From a virus, in the IMG/VR virus record IMGVR_UViG_3300046059_000013: a stretch of 64,000 bases of DNA; one strand, 5' to 3'. The translations under genes were made by a program, and so were the position numbers. Below, one piece after another: positions 46,402-55,872 of the stretch. The stretch's first letter is position 1; each line of letters starts with the position of its first letter. The notes under the pieces are model-generated. The model saw nothing but the letters and a program-made list of their open reading frames with translations, searched no databases and was not told the DNA's origin.

Positions 46402-46964
46402 GTTCCTTCCTCCTCGTCGTCGTTTATGACGACGCCGTCTTCCTTGCGGTCTTGCTGGTAGGCTAGTTCTTTCTTCTTCTCGCCCATGGTGAGAATCTCC
46501 TCGGTGCCAACGTTGCGGTCCTCGGGAGCGCCGCTCTCGCGTGCTTCCTTGGTTTCTTCTTCGCTTCGTTCGTGAATGTTCACGTACCACCGCTCGGGCG
46601 GCGGGTTCACGATGTCGTTGGAGTCCAGCGCGTCTCGAAAGTAGTCTTCGTTGTCGAGGATGAGTTTGAGGAGGTGCAGGAACTGGTGTCGGTGCGCGGG
46701 GTCGTCAAGGAACACCCACAAGGCGAACGAGGGGAAGCGGTTCCATTGTCGGCGTTGACCGTTACGGTCGATGCGGGCCACGATTTCCTGTTGGTTGAGT
46801 TCATGAAGTTTCGAGACGATGGGGTCGTTCGTGTTGTCGAGTTCGGCGTGAAGGCGCTCTAACGGGATGACGCCGTTCATGATTTCGTTGGCGAGGTCGC
46901 GGAACTTGTCTTTGACCTTGTCGCCGATGTTGTGGTTCATGAGCCAGTCGCCGAACTTGCTCAT
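46398..46964 (-). CDS. Hypothetical protein
   Basis: Acidic, protein-like ORF with overlapping junctions. Confidence 0.7.
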   Translation of the reverse strand: MSKFGDWLMNHNIGDKVKDKFRDLANEIMNGVIPLERLHAELDNTNDPIVSKLHELNQQEIVARIDRNGQRRQWNRFPSFALWVFLDDPAHRHQFLHLLKLILDNEDYFRDALDSNDIVNPPPERWYVNIHERSEEETKEARESGAPEDRNVGTEEILTMGEKKKELAYQQDRKEDGVVINDDEEEGT

Positions 46965-47362
46965 GCTTTGGCCTCCTGGTTGGTTTCGTATTGTTGGATG
47001 CGGCGGATGAGGTTGAATGTTTTCTCGCGGTTCTGGTGGTATTGTTCCTCGTGCGCGGTGAGTTGTTCGAGGATGCGGTTTCGGTAGCCTTCGAGGAAGG
47101 AGCGGAGGTCGTCAACCGCGTCTGGGTTGCTGGCGTCGATTTCGAGGTCGGCGACTTTTGTTTTCGCGTTGATGGTGCCGTCGAGGGTGGTGAGGGTTTT
47201 GATGAGGTTTTGGATGCGTTCTTTTTCGCGGCGTAGGGGGATGATGTGGGATTCGCGTTGCATCGCCATTTCGTTGCGTCGGATGTCGACGACGCGGCGT
47301 GCGTCTTCGATGGTTTCGATTTCGGTGGTTTCGGCGATGGTGGAACCCTCTTGTTTCACCAA
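46961..47362 (-). CDS. Coiled-coil protein
   Basis: Heptads; operon context. Confidence 0.65.
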   Translation of the reverse strand: MVKQEGSTIAETTEIETIEDARRVVDIRRNEMAMQRESHIIPLRREKERIQNLIKTLTTLDGTINAKTKVADLEIDASNPDAVDDLRSFLEGYRNRILEQLTAHEEQYHQNREKTFNLIRRIQQYETNQEAKA

Positions 47363-47450
47363 GAAGGTTTCACGTTAATAAAAGAAGTGATGGAAGGGGG
47401 GTTCTGCAAAAAGAGGAAACCGAACGCCCTTCGCCTTGAGCCCAAGACGT

Positions 47451-47669
47451 TTACTCTTCTTCGTCCTCGAAAACAATAGGCCCGTGGTTCCAATCTTCAA
47501 GGACAACGTGCTCGTGGAACGAGCACAGTCGACAATCCACACTTGGGTCCACCTCGCCGTCTTCAGCCACGTCGTGAACGAGGTATGCGGGAATGTCGCA
47601 AGCGGGACACCGCATCCTCACCCCGACATTCGTCAATTCCCAATCCTGGATTTCGACGTGTTCGGACAT
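47451..47669 (-). CDS. Zinc-finger micro-protein
   Basis: CPAC...C..C.FH. Confidence 0.65.
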   Translation of the reverse strand: MSEHVEIQDWELTNVGVRMRCPACDIPAYLVHDVAEDGEVDPSVDCRLCSFHEHVVLEDWNHGPIVFEDEEE

Positions 47670-47703
47670 GAAAGCGAAAATGCCTCGTGTTCGGGGTTGC
47701 GCC

Positions 47704-47880
47704 CTATGCTCCTTCTTGGGGGAGTTCCCAACTGAAATCGTCCGCGTGGTCTCGCTTTAGCTTTTCCTTGATGCATCGTCGGATGAAGCTGGACCGGTTC
47801 TCGTATCCTCGTGCTTCTTCAACGGCTGTGAGGGTTTCTTCGCGGATGCTGATGCCAACGGTCGTAGTTGGGGTGGGCAT
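47704..47880 (-). CDS. Ribbon-helix-helix (CopG-like) transcription regulator, 58 aa (not in ORF track)
   Basis: TTVGISIREETLTAVEEARGYENRSSFIRRCIKEKL. Confidence 0.8.
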   Translation of the reverse strand: MPTPTTTVGISIREETLTAVEEARGYENRSSFIRRCIKEKLKRDHADDFSWELPQEGA

Positions 47881-48067
47881 TGTGCTCTCGTTCCTGAAAG
47901 GTTCCTTTTTGTTGAAAAGGTTTCGGCGTCAAAGGAGTAGGGATGAGGGTGGCGGTCCGGGCAACACGCCCGACCGCCGAGGTGGAATCCCCCATCCCAT
48001 CCGTTGGGAACCGGTGGCTCTCCACGAGCCAGCATCGACAACCGTAGTGGTGTAAAGAAGTCTTCGG

Positions 48068-48391
48068 ATGCGAAATGTTGATAGTGGCCCAGGCAACTGC
48101 GAGCGTGATGAGCCGCCCAACCATTTACTTCGTGCGGCGCGCGGTCGAGCACACGATGCGAGAAAAGGAAGATTTGGAGACTGGTGTGCAGGCGGCCAGC
48201 CGTTTTCTCGACCAATACCTGGAGGGAACATTTTGGGATTCGTCTTAGTCGTTTCTGCAGGCACGCTCATGGTAGGGTTGTGGTTTCTCATAAGAAAGGG
48301 GCTATACCAGGCGGAGTTCTGGCTCGGGTACGTCACAGCCAGCTTCCTTATCATTCTGCTGGGTGTTCTAGAGGTGCTGTTCCTTGGCTGA
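48068..48391 (+). CDS. Small membrane protein (true start probably downstream)
   Basis: Two TM segments in the C-terminal half. Confidence 0.45.
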   Translation: MRNVDSGPGNCERDEPPNHLLRAARGRAHDARKGRFGDWCAGGQPFSRPIPGGNILGFVLVVSAGTLMVGLWFLIRKGLYQAEFWLGYVTASFLIILLGVLEVLFLG

Positions 48392-48531
48392 TTTCATCAC
48401 CGATAACGTACATCTGGGAGACGCGCAAGACGCACAGAAATGGCACGGGATGCGACTTGCCGTTCACGAAAGCGCCTGGAGCGTCCCGCAAACAAACCGC
48501 TATTGGATTCCGATAGCTTACCGCGCGAACG
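48384..48531 (+). pseudogene. Dual-specificity-phosphatase-like N-terminal fragment truncated by IS-2
   Basis: ITDNVHLGDAQDAQ resembles DSP starts; the IS right end abuts 48531. Confidence 0.4.
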
Positions 48532-49850
48532 GTAAACTACCCGTCCCGAGCTTGAGCGGGCTCGGAACGGGCTTTGCCTGTGTTCTCCCCCTCTAACGAC
48601 GCATCATGAGTGGCGTCGCACGAGAAACACTCGTTCGGGGTCATCGTTCCAGACGTTAAGGCCAGTTTACCGTGGCCCGTGCCCACGGACGACTTTTGGT
48701 CCATGGACACAAGGTACTTGTACCCGATTGACTTAGCAGCGTTGTAGTCCCGGTCGTTCTCGTACCCGCACGCCTGGCACGAAAACCAACGGTCCTCAAG
48801 GTTCTCTTTGCTGGTGTGCCCGCACCGGCTGCACGTGCGCGAAGTGTTCACGGGGTTCACCTGTTCAACCTGGATACCCAAGGCTTGGGCTTTGTACTCT
48901 ACGTACTCCACGAGTTGCCGGAACGCCCACTCGTGGTAGCGTTTCCCGCCTTGCAATTGGTCGCGGATGTTCGTGAGGTCCTCGAACGCGATTACGTCCA
49001 CGCCTTGCTCGGCGGCGTGGTCTACAAGGCGTCGGCTCACCACGTGCAGGTGGTGTTGGTTCCAGCGGGCCTCGCGACTGCTTAAGCGTTCAAGGGTGCA
49101 GTGGGCGCTTTGCGTGCCTGTTTGTTGGAGGCTGGCGCGCGTTTTCTCGTATTCTTCCCTGCGGTGGTTCAGCGGGCCGCCGGTGTGGAAGTGGGCGGTG
49201 CTGGTGGTGGCGAGGTTTTCGATGCCGAGGTCCACGCCCAAGACCGTGGGGTGTTGGGGCGTCTCTGCATCGGTTGTCTCGCGCTTCATGACGACGTGCA
49301 GCCACCAGTCGCCGTCCCGGTGGTGCAGCGTGGCGCCACCAGGCTCGTAGTCCTCGCTTAACAGGTAGTCGCCGTGCGGGGTTCCTTCGGGTTTGTTGGA
49401 GAGGTGGAGTTGGGCTTGGATTCTTCCGTTTGTGGTGGCTAGGCTTACTGTTTTGTTTTGGAGTTGAATTGTGTAGCAGCGTTGGTCGTAGTTCACGGTT
49501 GCACTCGTGAACCTGGGCTTGCCGGGGTTGTGGCCTTGGCGGCGGCGTTCCACGCAAGCTTTGAGGGCTTCTGCCGCTGCGCTGCGAGCCTGTGTCACGT
49601 GGTTGGCGTGGAGGTCTGAGCTGGTTTTGATGGGGTGGTAGGTGGCGTCGTGGAGTTCCGACTCGCGTGCCTCCAGGTTGCTGTTGTCGTTCCAGCCTTC
49701 GTCCACGACGCGGTTTGCTGCCGCTCGGTACTGGTCCAGCGTGTCCCAGAGGTCGTCTTTGGCGTCGCTGGGGACGGTGAGTCGGATTCGGACGGTGCGA
49801 CGTGTCTCTGCCACCAGAACACTCATGGTGGTGGGCCTACATGGTTCCTT
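48532..49850 (-). mobile_element. IS1341-type element (IS-2); left end not resolved
   Basis: Right end AAAGCCCGTTCCGAGC...GCTCGGGACGGGTAGTTTAC. Confidence 0.7.
48537..49826 (-). CDS. tnpB: TnpB, haloarchaeal IS1341 type
   Basis: RRTVRIRL start; GVDLG, FEDL, DRDYNAA; CSRC..CQAC. Confidence 0.95.
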   Translation of the reverse strand: MSVLVAETRRTVRIRLTVPSDAKDDLWDTLDQYRAAANRVVDEGWNDNSNLEARESELHDATYHPIKTSSDLHANHVTQARSAAAEALKACVERRRQGHNPGKPRFTSATVNYDQRCYTIQLQNKTVSLATTNGRIQAQLHLSNKPEGTPHGDYLLSEDYEPGGATLHHRDGDWWLHVVMKRETTDAETPQHPTVLGVDLGIENLATTSTAHFHTGGPLNHRREEYEKTRASLQQTGTQSAHCTLERLSSREARWNQHHLHVVSRRLVDHAAEQGVDVIAFEDLTNIRDQLQGGKRYHEWAFRQLVEYVEYKAQALGIQVEQVNPVNTSRTCSRCGHTSKENLEDRWFSCQACGYENDRDYNAAKSIGYKYLVSMDQKSSVGTGHGKLALTSGTMTPNECFSCDATHDASLEGENTGKARSEPAQARDG

Positions 49851-49911
49851 TGGCCGATTCCTCTCCGACCCAACCCTAGCGGGTTGGGAAAGAGTTTCCT
49901 CGGCCGATAAG

Positions 49912-50457
49912 ATGAGCAACATGGAGAGACTTGTAGCACTCGACCTTGAAACCGGCGGCCTTGACCCCTCCGAGCACTCCATCATCGAAATAGCTGCGTA
50001 CCATCCCGAGAGCGGGGAAACGATACAGCGCCTTGTCCGCAACGAAACGTACCATGTCACGGACCAGGCGATGGACGTGCATGGATACAAGATTCGCGAC
50101 CTCGCCAGCGCAAACTACGTCGGCATCGTGGACGAGGAAGTAAAGAATTGGCTCGACGAAACCGTTGACGGGAACGCCATCGCGGTAGGAATGAACGTTT
50201 ACTTTGATTTGGCTTGTTTGGGGGAGCACATGCCGCAAACGGCGAGCAGGTTCAGCCATCGCACGCTGGATGTTACTTCCCTTCAGTTCTTCCGAGATTG
50301 TTGTAGAGGCCAGCGTCTTGGAGCATCCGCAAGCTACTTCAAGAATCACGTCTTCGAGGACGAATACACGCACTCGGCGCTTGACGACGCGAAGGTCGCG
50401 TGGAAGGTTGTCGAAGCACTCATCAGCGACGTTGACAAAGAGGTGTTTCCATCGTGA
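49912..50457 (+). CDS. DEDDh 3'-5' exonuclease
   Basis: ALDLETGG, NVYFD, HSALDD. Confidence 0.9.
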   Translation: MSNMERLVALDLETGGLDPSEHSIIEIAAYHPESGETIQRLVRNETYHVTDQAMDVHGYKIRDLASANYVGIVDEEVKNWLDETVDGNAIAVGMNVYFDLACLGEHMPQTASRFSHRTLDVTSLQFFRDCCRGQRLGASASYFKNHVFEDEYTHSALDDAKVAWKVVEALISDVDKEVFPS

Positions 50458-50951
50458 AGCACGCTGTTGTTGCGGGTCCGCCGGGTGTTGGCAAGTCGAC
50501 CACGCTGGCCCACCTCGACACCCGCCCGATGGACGTAGGCCGCGTGTTCGAGGACGTGAACGGGCTTGTAAGAGAGGCGGAGCGCGACAACCGCTACGCC
50601 CGCTTCGCCAGCGAGGTTGCTAAGGAACAGTCCACGTTCCTTGAGGTGGGTTGCATCCAGCCACGCACGACGTGGCGCTTGGTTTTCGATGCGCTTGAGG
50701 GGGACGTGGTCGTGGTGGGGCTCGACGCGACGGAGGCGGCGTGCGTGGAGCGGGTGCGTGGGCGGGGTGACGCGGGCATGGTGCCGGTTGTCAAGGCGGC
50801 GTGCTCGACGGACCTCAGCAAGAGTCTTGCCTGGGCTCGGGGCCGTGACGACGTTGTTGGAGCGAAGTATGTTTTCAGGGGTGTGCTTGGGGAGGAGGAG
50901 GTTGCTTCTACGGTTGCAGGATTTCTAAGACATCATGGGCTTTCAGTTTAA
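50454..50951 (+). CDS. P-loop kinase-like NTPase
   Basis: GPPGVGKST; ACVERVRGRG lid. Confidence 0.8.
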   Translation: MKHAVVAGPPGVGKSTTLAHLDTRPMDVGRVFEDVNGLVREAERDNRYARFASEVAKEQSTFLEVGCIQPRTTWRLVFDALEGDVVVVGLDATEAACVERVRGRGDAGMVPVVKAACSTDLSKSLAWARGRDDVVGAKYVFRGVLGEEEVASTVAGFLRHHGLSV

Positions 50952-51003
50952 GCAAAGGGGGTCGTGGGGTTCAAGTGCTGTCCGCGCGAACGTGAAAGCC
51001 TCC

Positions 51004-51108
51004 ATGACCACAGTTTGTCCCAACTGCGGAGCAGAGCTCGACAGCGACCGTCCCTGCGCCGCGTCCATGTGCGACGGATGCGGCCACCGCCCTTCGTGCC
51101 ACGACTAG
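51004..51108 (+). CDS. CPxCG zinc micro-protein (34 aa)
   Basis: MTTVCPNCG...CDGCG. Confidence 0.55.
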   Translation: MTTVCPNCGAELDSDRPCAASMCDGCGHRPSCHD

Positions 51109-51146
51109 CGAAACTTTCAACAACGACCAGTCGCGTTGCGTGAGCG

Positions 51147-51524
51147 ATGGAAATCGAAGTCGTCCTCAAATTTCCCGGGAACGAAGTGTCTTTCGACACG
51201 CGAACCGTAGCCATCTGCGACAACCTCAAGGAAATGGAGTTGTTTCTCGACAAACTCCAAAACGGGAAAATACGGCACAGCTCAACGGACTGGCAACTCA
51301 CCGGCGAGTCCTATTGGCGGACAATCGCTGACAAGGAACGTGCAAGAGTGCAACTTTCAGTCGCTAAGGGCGACAAGGTCGCCATCAACGTGCCTCGGGA
51401 CAGTCTGGTCGGCGCCGAGAACGCTCTCCGAACTATCCTAAACCAGGAGCAACTGCCTGCCCTTTCCAACGAGAAGCACCTTGAAACCGTCCTCGACGCT
51501 TTGCAAGAGGAGGACCCCCGGTGA
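51147..51524 (+). CDS. Hypothetical protein
   Basis: ORF downstream of a promoter-like motif. Confidence 0.65.
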   Translation: MEIEVVLKFPGNEVSFDTRTVAICDNLKEMELFLDKLQNGKIRHSSTDWQLTGESYWRTIADKERARVQLSVAKGDKVAINVPRDSLVGAENALRTILNQEQLPALSNEKHLETVLDALQEEDPR

Positions 51525-51734
51525 GCGAGAACGAGGGATTCGTGCCTACGTTGACGCTTGCGTGCCAGTCGTTTGGTTGCGAGGAGGAGACGCGCGTGAC
51601 GGATGCGCTCGAGGAGGCCACGTGGCGCTGTCCCGAACACATTAGCTTCTCCTGCGCGAAGCCCCCGCCCTTCAGGGTGGGGATGAAGCGCCCAAACACC
51701 TATACGTACAAGGGTCTTTCCATGCGGCAGAGCC

Positions 51735-52139
51735 GTGGACTACGATACGAAGTCGGGAAGCCACTCCATCTACGCTCTCCAGTACCACCTCGTGTGGTGC
51801 ACCAAGTATAGGGAACTCCTGATGCTTCCCGAGGCCCGGGATGCCCTGAAGGAGAAGATCCACGATCTGTTTGAACAGTCTGGCATAGACATCCTCAACA
51901 TTGAGGCGGATGCCGACCACGTGCACGTTCTCTTCCGAGGAACGCCGACGGTGACGCTGTCCCGGGTCGTCAACAAGATGAAGGGGGCCACGAGCAAACA
52001 CCTTCGGTCGCAGTTCCCAGAGCTGGGTGCAAGGGATCACCTCTGGAGTCCTGCCTACTTCCTAGCTACGACGGGGCAGGTCACGCTGGACCGGTTGATG
52101 GAGTATGTGGACGAGCACGCCGAGGAGCGTGAAGCCTAG
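51735..52139 (+). CDS. tnpA: TnpA Y1 HUH transposase
   Basis: YHLVWCTKYR, DHVHVL, LWSPAYF. Confidence 0.95.
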   Translation: MDYDTKSGSHSIYALQYHLVWCTKYRELLMLPEARDALKEKIHDLFEQSGIDILNIEADADHVHVLFRGTPTVTLSRVVNKMKGATSKHLRSQFPELGARDHLWSPAYFLATTGQVTLDRLMEYVDEHAEEREA

Positions 52140-53350
52140 TGCCCATGCGCACCCTAGAACTCCGGTTGTATCCGTCCCAGGACCAGCACGAGGCGATGGG
52201 GCAAACGCTGGGCTTGTGTCGGATGCTCTACAATCTCTGCAAGGAGCACCGCGAACTCGCCTACCGGGAGTACGGGGAGAGCGTGTCCTGGTATGAGCAG
52301 AAGCGACAGTTGGTTCAACTCAAGAAGGACCACCCTATGTTCCAGGACGTGCATAGCCAAGTGCTCCAGAATGTGACCGAGCGCGTGGACACCGCGTTCC
52401 AGGCGTTCTTCGACGGTCGCAACGACTACCCAAACTGGAAGAGCCGCAGCGACTACCGCTCCTTCACGTACCCGCAGGAGGGCGGGTTCCGGTACCAGGA
52501 TGGCGAAGTGTACCTGTCGAAGATTGGGTGGGTGCGAGCCTTCCACGAAGACAAACCACCCTGGTACGACCCCGACACCTGCACACCCAAGACCTGCACG
52601 GTGCGCGAGGAACGGTTCGGGGACTGGTGGGCAAGCATCACGTTCGACGTGCCCGAGGAGAATGTGGTGCGTGAGCCCGCGGACCCGGGCCTCGTGGGCC
52701 TCGACGCGGGCCTCACCACGCTGGCCACGTTGAGCGATGGCACCAAGATCACGAATCCACGCCACCTCAAGGAGTCCCAGGAACGCCTCGCCAAGGCGCG
52801 ACGGGACCTGTCACGCAAAGAACGAGGAAGCAACAACTGGCATAAGCAGAGGCAGCGCGTAGCGAAGCTCGAACGCAGGGCCGCCCGCAAACGTCAAGAC
52901 CACTTGCACAAGGTGTCTCGACACCTGGCCGAGTCCTACACGTGCGTCGCCGTCGAGGGAAACCTAGCGGGACTCACCCAATCAGAGGACCACGCCCAAG
53001 CCGTTCACGACGCCGCCTGGGGCACCCTGTTCGAGTTCCTGGAGTACAAGCTCGATGAACACGGAGGCCGGCTCGTTCGCCTAGAGGGCGAGAATCAGGC
53101 CTACAGCACCAAGGACTGTAGTGAGTGCGGGTACCGCAACCACGATTTGTCCTTGGAGGACCGATCATGGACCTGCCCCGACTGCGGGGCAATGCACGAT
53201 CGGGACATCAACGCGGCCAGGAACCTAGAGCAACGCGCACGCACCAAGCTCCAAGACGAAGGAACCGACGTACCCATGGACCGTGGGGAATCAACGCCTT
53301 TGGACACGAGAGGTTGCAAACCCACTCAGGGGGTTGGTGCTCGTGAATGA
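52139..53350 (+). CDS. tnpB: TnpB RNA-guided nuclease
   Basis: GLDAG, AVEG, RDINAA; CSEC..CPDC. Confidence 0.95.
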   Translation: MPMRTLELRLYPSQDQHEAMGQTLGLCRMLYNLCKEHRELAYREYGESVSWYEQKRQLVQLKKDHPMFQDVHSQVLQNVTERVDTAFQAFFDGRNDYPNWKSRSDYRSFTYPQEGGFRYQDGEVYLSKIGWVRAFHEDKPPWYDPDTCTPKTCTVREERFGDWWASITFDVPEENVVREPADPGLVGLDAGLTTLATLSDGTKITNPRHLKESQERLAKARRDLSRKERGSNNWHKQRQRVAKLERRAARKRQDHLHKVSRHLAESYTCVAVEGNLAGLTQSEDHAQAVHDAAWGTLFEFLEYKLDEHGGRLVRLEGENQAYSTKDCSECGYRNHDLSLEDRSWTCPDCGAMHDRDINAARNLEQRARTKLQDEGTDVPMDRGESTPLDTRGCKPTQGVGARE

Positions 53351-53601
53351 ACAAGGAAGCCCCACCCTTCTAGGGTGGGGAGGAGGTCACCGAGTTTGTT
53401 CCTGCTCCGGGCACGAGCAAGGCCGAAAGGCTGGGTTGCAAGTGTGAGCGCGTGGAAGGCGTGGCGAATGGGCCTCTCTTTGTTGCTTTGGGTTGCAAGA
53501 TGCATTCGAGTCAAGCTGAAGATTGACTTCTTCTCCGGTCTCTTCTTACGGGTCGGAGAGACCCGCAAAGTTGATGCATTAACAACCGCCTGGCAACAAG
53601 G

Positions 53602-53916
53602 ATGCCAGACGACGAAGAGCCCATCGAATGGGACCCGGAAGACTGGGACGACGTGGACAGCGTCGACGCCGACGCCAGCACCATGGACCACACCACCGAA
53701 CCCCGCCCCGTTTGCCCCTTGTGCCGTGAAGAGGTCAACATGGACGAGGAGGCCCCCCTGTACGGTGCCCAGCAAGTCTGGCATGACGAATGCGCTTCCT
53801 GCCCCGACGATTGCGGGGCTGAGTTCACGATTCACCATTGGGTGGGGGAAGAGGACAAGCCCGCTCGCGTGCGGTGCCTGGCCTGCATGGCCTACAAAGA
53901 GGGCAAGACGCCGTGA
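53602..53916 (+). CDS. Acidic zinc-finger protein
   Basis: CPLC, CASC..C, CLAC. Confidence 0.65.
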   Translation: MPDDEEPIEWDPEDWDDVDSVDADASTMDHTTEPRPVCPLCREEVNMDEEAPLYGAQQVWHDECASCPDDCGAEFTIHHWVGEEDKPARVRCLACMAYKEGKTP

Positions 53917-54188
53917 GCGTTAGGGGGTTCCTGTGGCGGTACTTGTTGCCACCTAGCCACACGCAGAAGTTCACGGAAACGGTGTGGTGGACGGCGAACA
54001 CCGGCGGCGACGAGTTGCACGAGAAACCGCCGACGCCGCCGATGCAGACGGAGGACGAGCGCAAGCAAGAAGAGGTTATAAAGTGCCCAGAGTGCGGGAT
54101 GCACAACTCTCTGTACCTTCCGTTTACGTCGTGTCCGCGATGTGACTGGAGCGCGTGGTGGTAGGCAACCCTAAGGTTGGCCGTGGGG

Positions 54189-54629
54189 ATGCCAAAACCC
54201 TCTTCACTTCCCAGACAGTACGAGGGTTCGATGCCCGACGTTCACCCCTACGTTCTCGAGCACGGACCCTGGAAAGACGCCTTCCAACACGAAATGGAGG
54301 AAGCCGTCGAACTCCTCATGGAAACCCGCCTACGGAGCAACCTCATCAACGCACCCTTCGACCCCAACCACAACGAGGAGGTTGCCGAGAGCGTGTCCGA
54401 GCGCCTTGGCGACGTTATCCTTCGCCTTGACGCGCTCCGTCGAGCCATGTTCGCGGACACGTGCCCGTACTGCTTGCAGGAGGGCGTCATCGCTCGCCGT
54501 AGCGATAATTTCGTGACGGTTGAGTGTCACAACGAGGATTGCCAGGCGCCGAATGTGAGCGAAGACGGAACACGGCAATTCCACCGTTTCACGAGTGGGG
54601 CGGACGCGAGCGTGGATGCGGAGCCTTGA
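54189..54629 (+). CDS. Hypothetical protein with zinc ribbon
   Basis: CPYC...CHNEDC. Confidence 0.65.
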   Translation: MPKPSSLPRQYEGSMPDVHPYVLEHGPWKDAFQHEMEEAVELLMETRLRSNLINAPFDPNHNEEVAESVSERLGDVILRLDALRRAMFADTCPYCLQEGVIARRSDNFVTVECHNEDCQAPNVSEDGTRQFHRFTSGADASVDAEP

Positions 54630-55320
54630 GCGGGAAGGGGTGAACTTTCCTGTTCGCACGCAGGAGAAAACTTTTCAACGTTGACGATGCTGGTTGGGCA
54701 TCGTGAGTGCCCAAGCAGAACGAGTCGAGAAATGGGCCAGCGCGCTCGACGGCGCCAATAGCGCCGAATGCACGCATTGCGGGAAGAAAACGTTGACGCT
54801 TGCCTCGAACCGTGAGCGCGGGCGCACCTCTTGCTCAGATTGTGTCTAGGAGAAGTGAAAACATAATTAGAAAAGAAAGGTTGACACCCGAACAGTTTGT
54901 CGAGCGGTTGAAGAACGTGATGTTTCCCCAAGATGCCGACCAGGAGAACGTGGAGGCTCGTCGTCTCGAGTTCACTCTGGTCGAGCACGAGGCCGGAATC
55001 GCCCTCCTCGAAAAGGACAACAAAGAGCACGAGCCCATTCCGCTGGTGCCTGGCGACGTTCTGCGCATCGGGGACCACTCTATCGAGATTGAGCCGGACG
55101 GCGCGGTCGAGGAGCAGGAGGAAGAGTAACCATGTCCTGGTCCAAATGCGGATACTGCACCGCGATAGTCTATTCATTCAGGACGAGACGCGGAGACGAA
55201 TGTCCCGAATGTGGAATAGAAGGAAGCCTTATCACCTCTTTCACGCCCTGCCAGGCGGTGGACCCCAAAAGAGCAAGACATCAAGCACGACGCCCGGATT
55301 CGACGAAGGTGGAATGACTC

Positions 55321-55872
55321 GTGAGCGTGGAATACCTCGTTGTTTCCTCGGACGGTGACATGCCTAAGGGCTACGTGCGCATAGGAAAGAAAGGTGAGTG
55401 GAGCGGGGAGAACGGGGCGCTTCTCTGGGCCGCGCTGCACTTTTGGGATGAGCCCCGCTTGATGCGGTTGGAAAACGCCAGCAAGGGACTCCTAGACGCA
55501 TATACGGATTTCACGAACGGTCTCTTGGAGGCTCCCAGTATAACGAGCTGGATAGACGTGGTGCAAGAGTCGAGGCGCGCGAGCAAGCTCCAACACGCCG
55601 CCGCCTCCTATGCCCGGCACGTGCATAGATTGGTAGAGCGCGTGGAGAAGCCTGACGACCAAACGGCAAGCAACGAACTGCGAGAAGAAAACGACAAGCT
55701 CCGTGAAAAGCGAGACGGCCTGCGTGAAGTGTGCCAAGAGCTTCACGACACGCTCAAGACCATCGCCAGCGACACCGGCCACCCACCAAACCGACGCCGC
55801 GCCGAGGCCGCCCTGGAAAAGGCACGCCAGCACAGAACCACGCTCGAAGACGACAAGGAGGAAAACGCATGA
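55321..55872 (+). CDS. Hypothetical protein with C-terminal coiled coil
   Basis: Overlapping junctions; heptads. Confidence 0.6.
   Translation: MSVEYLVVSSDGDMPKGYVRIGKKGEWSGENGALLWAALHFWDEPRLMRLENASKGLLDAYTDFTNGLLEAPSITSWIDVVQESRRASKLQHAAASYARHVHRLVERVEKPDDQTASNELREENDKLREKRDGLREVCQELHDTLKTIASDTGHPPNRRRAEAALEKARQHRTTLEDDKEENA

Larger units (their letters stand above)
51646..53390 (+). mobile_element. Complete IS605 element (tnpA+tnpB, IS-3), inserted 3' of TTAG, no TSD
   Basis: Left hairpin CCCCGCCC-TTCA-GGGTGGGG, right hairpin CCCCACCC-TTCTA-GGGTGGGG then AGGAGGTCAC; empty site reconstructable. Confidence 0.92.
51521..53526 (+). pseudogene. 86-aa Cys-rich gene interrupted by IS-3
   Basis: Joining 51645 to 53391 restores ...CPEHISEFVPAPGTSKAERLGCKC...AED*. 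Confidence 0.8.

Noticed and set aside
50961-50972. GTCGTGGGGTTC match to the 43602 right end
   Set aside because: Only one hairpin arm, with no terminal GGAGGATGTCA; may be chance.
42230-53350. Nuclease-dead TnpB (TldR-like) regulators or IStrons
   Set aside because: All three TnpBs retain D-E-D, and the IS-3 left end is ~90 nt from tnpA, leaving no room for a group I intron.
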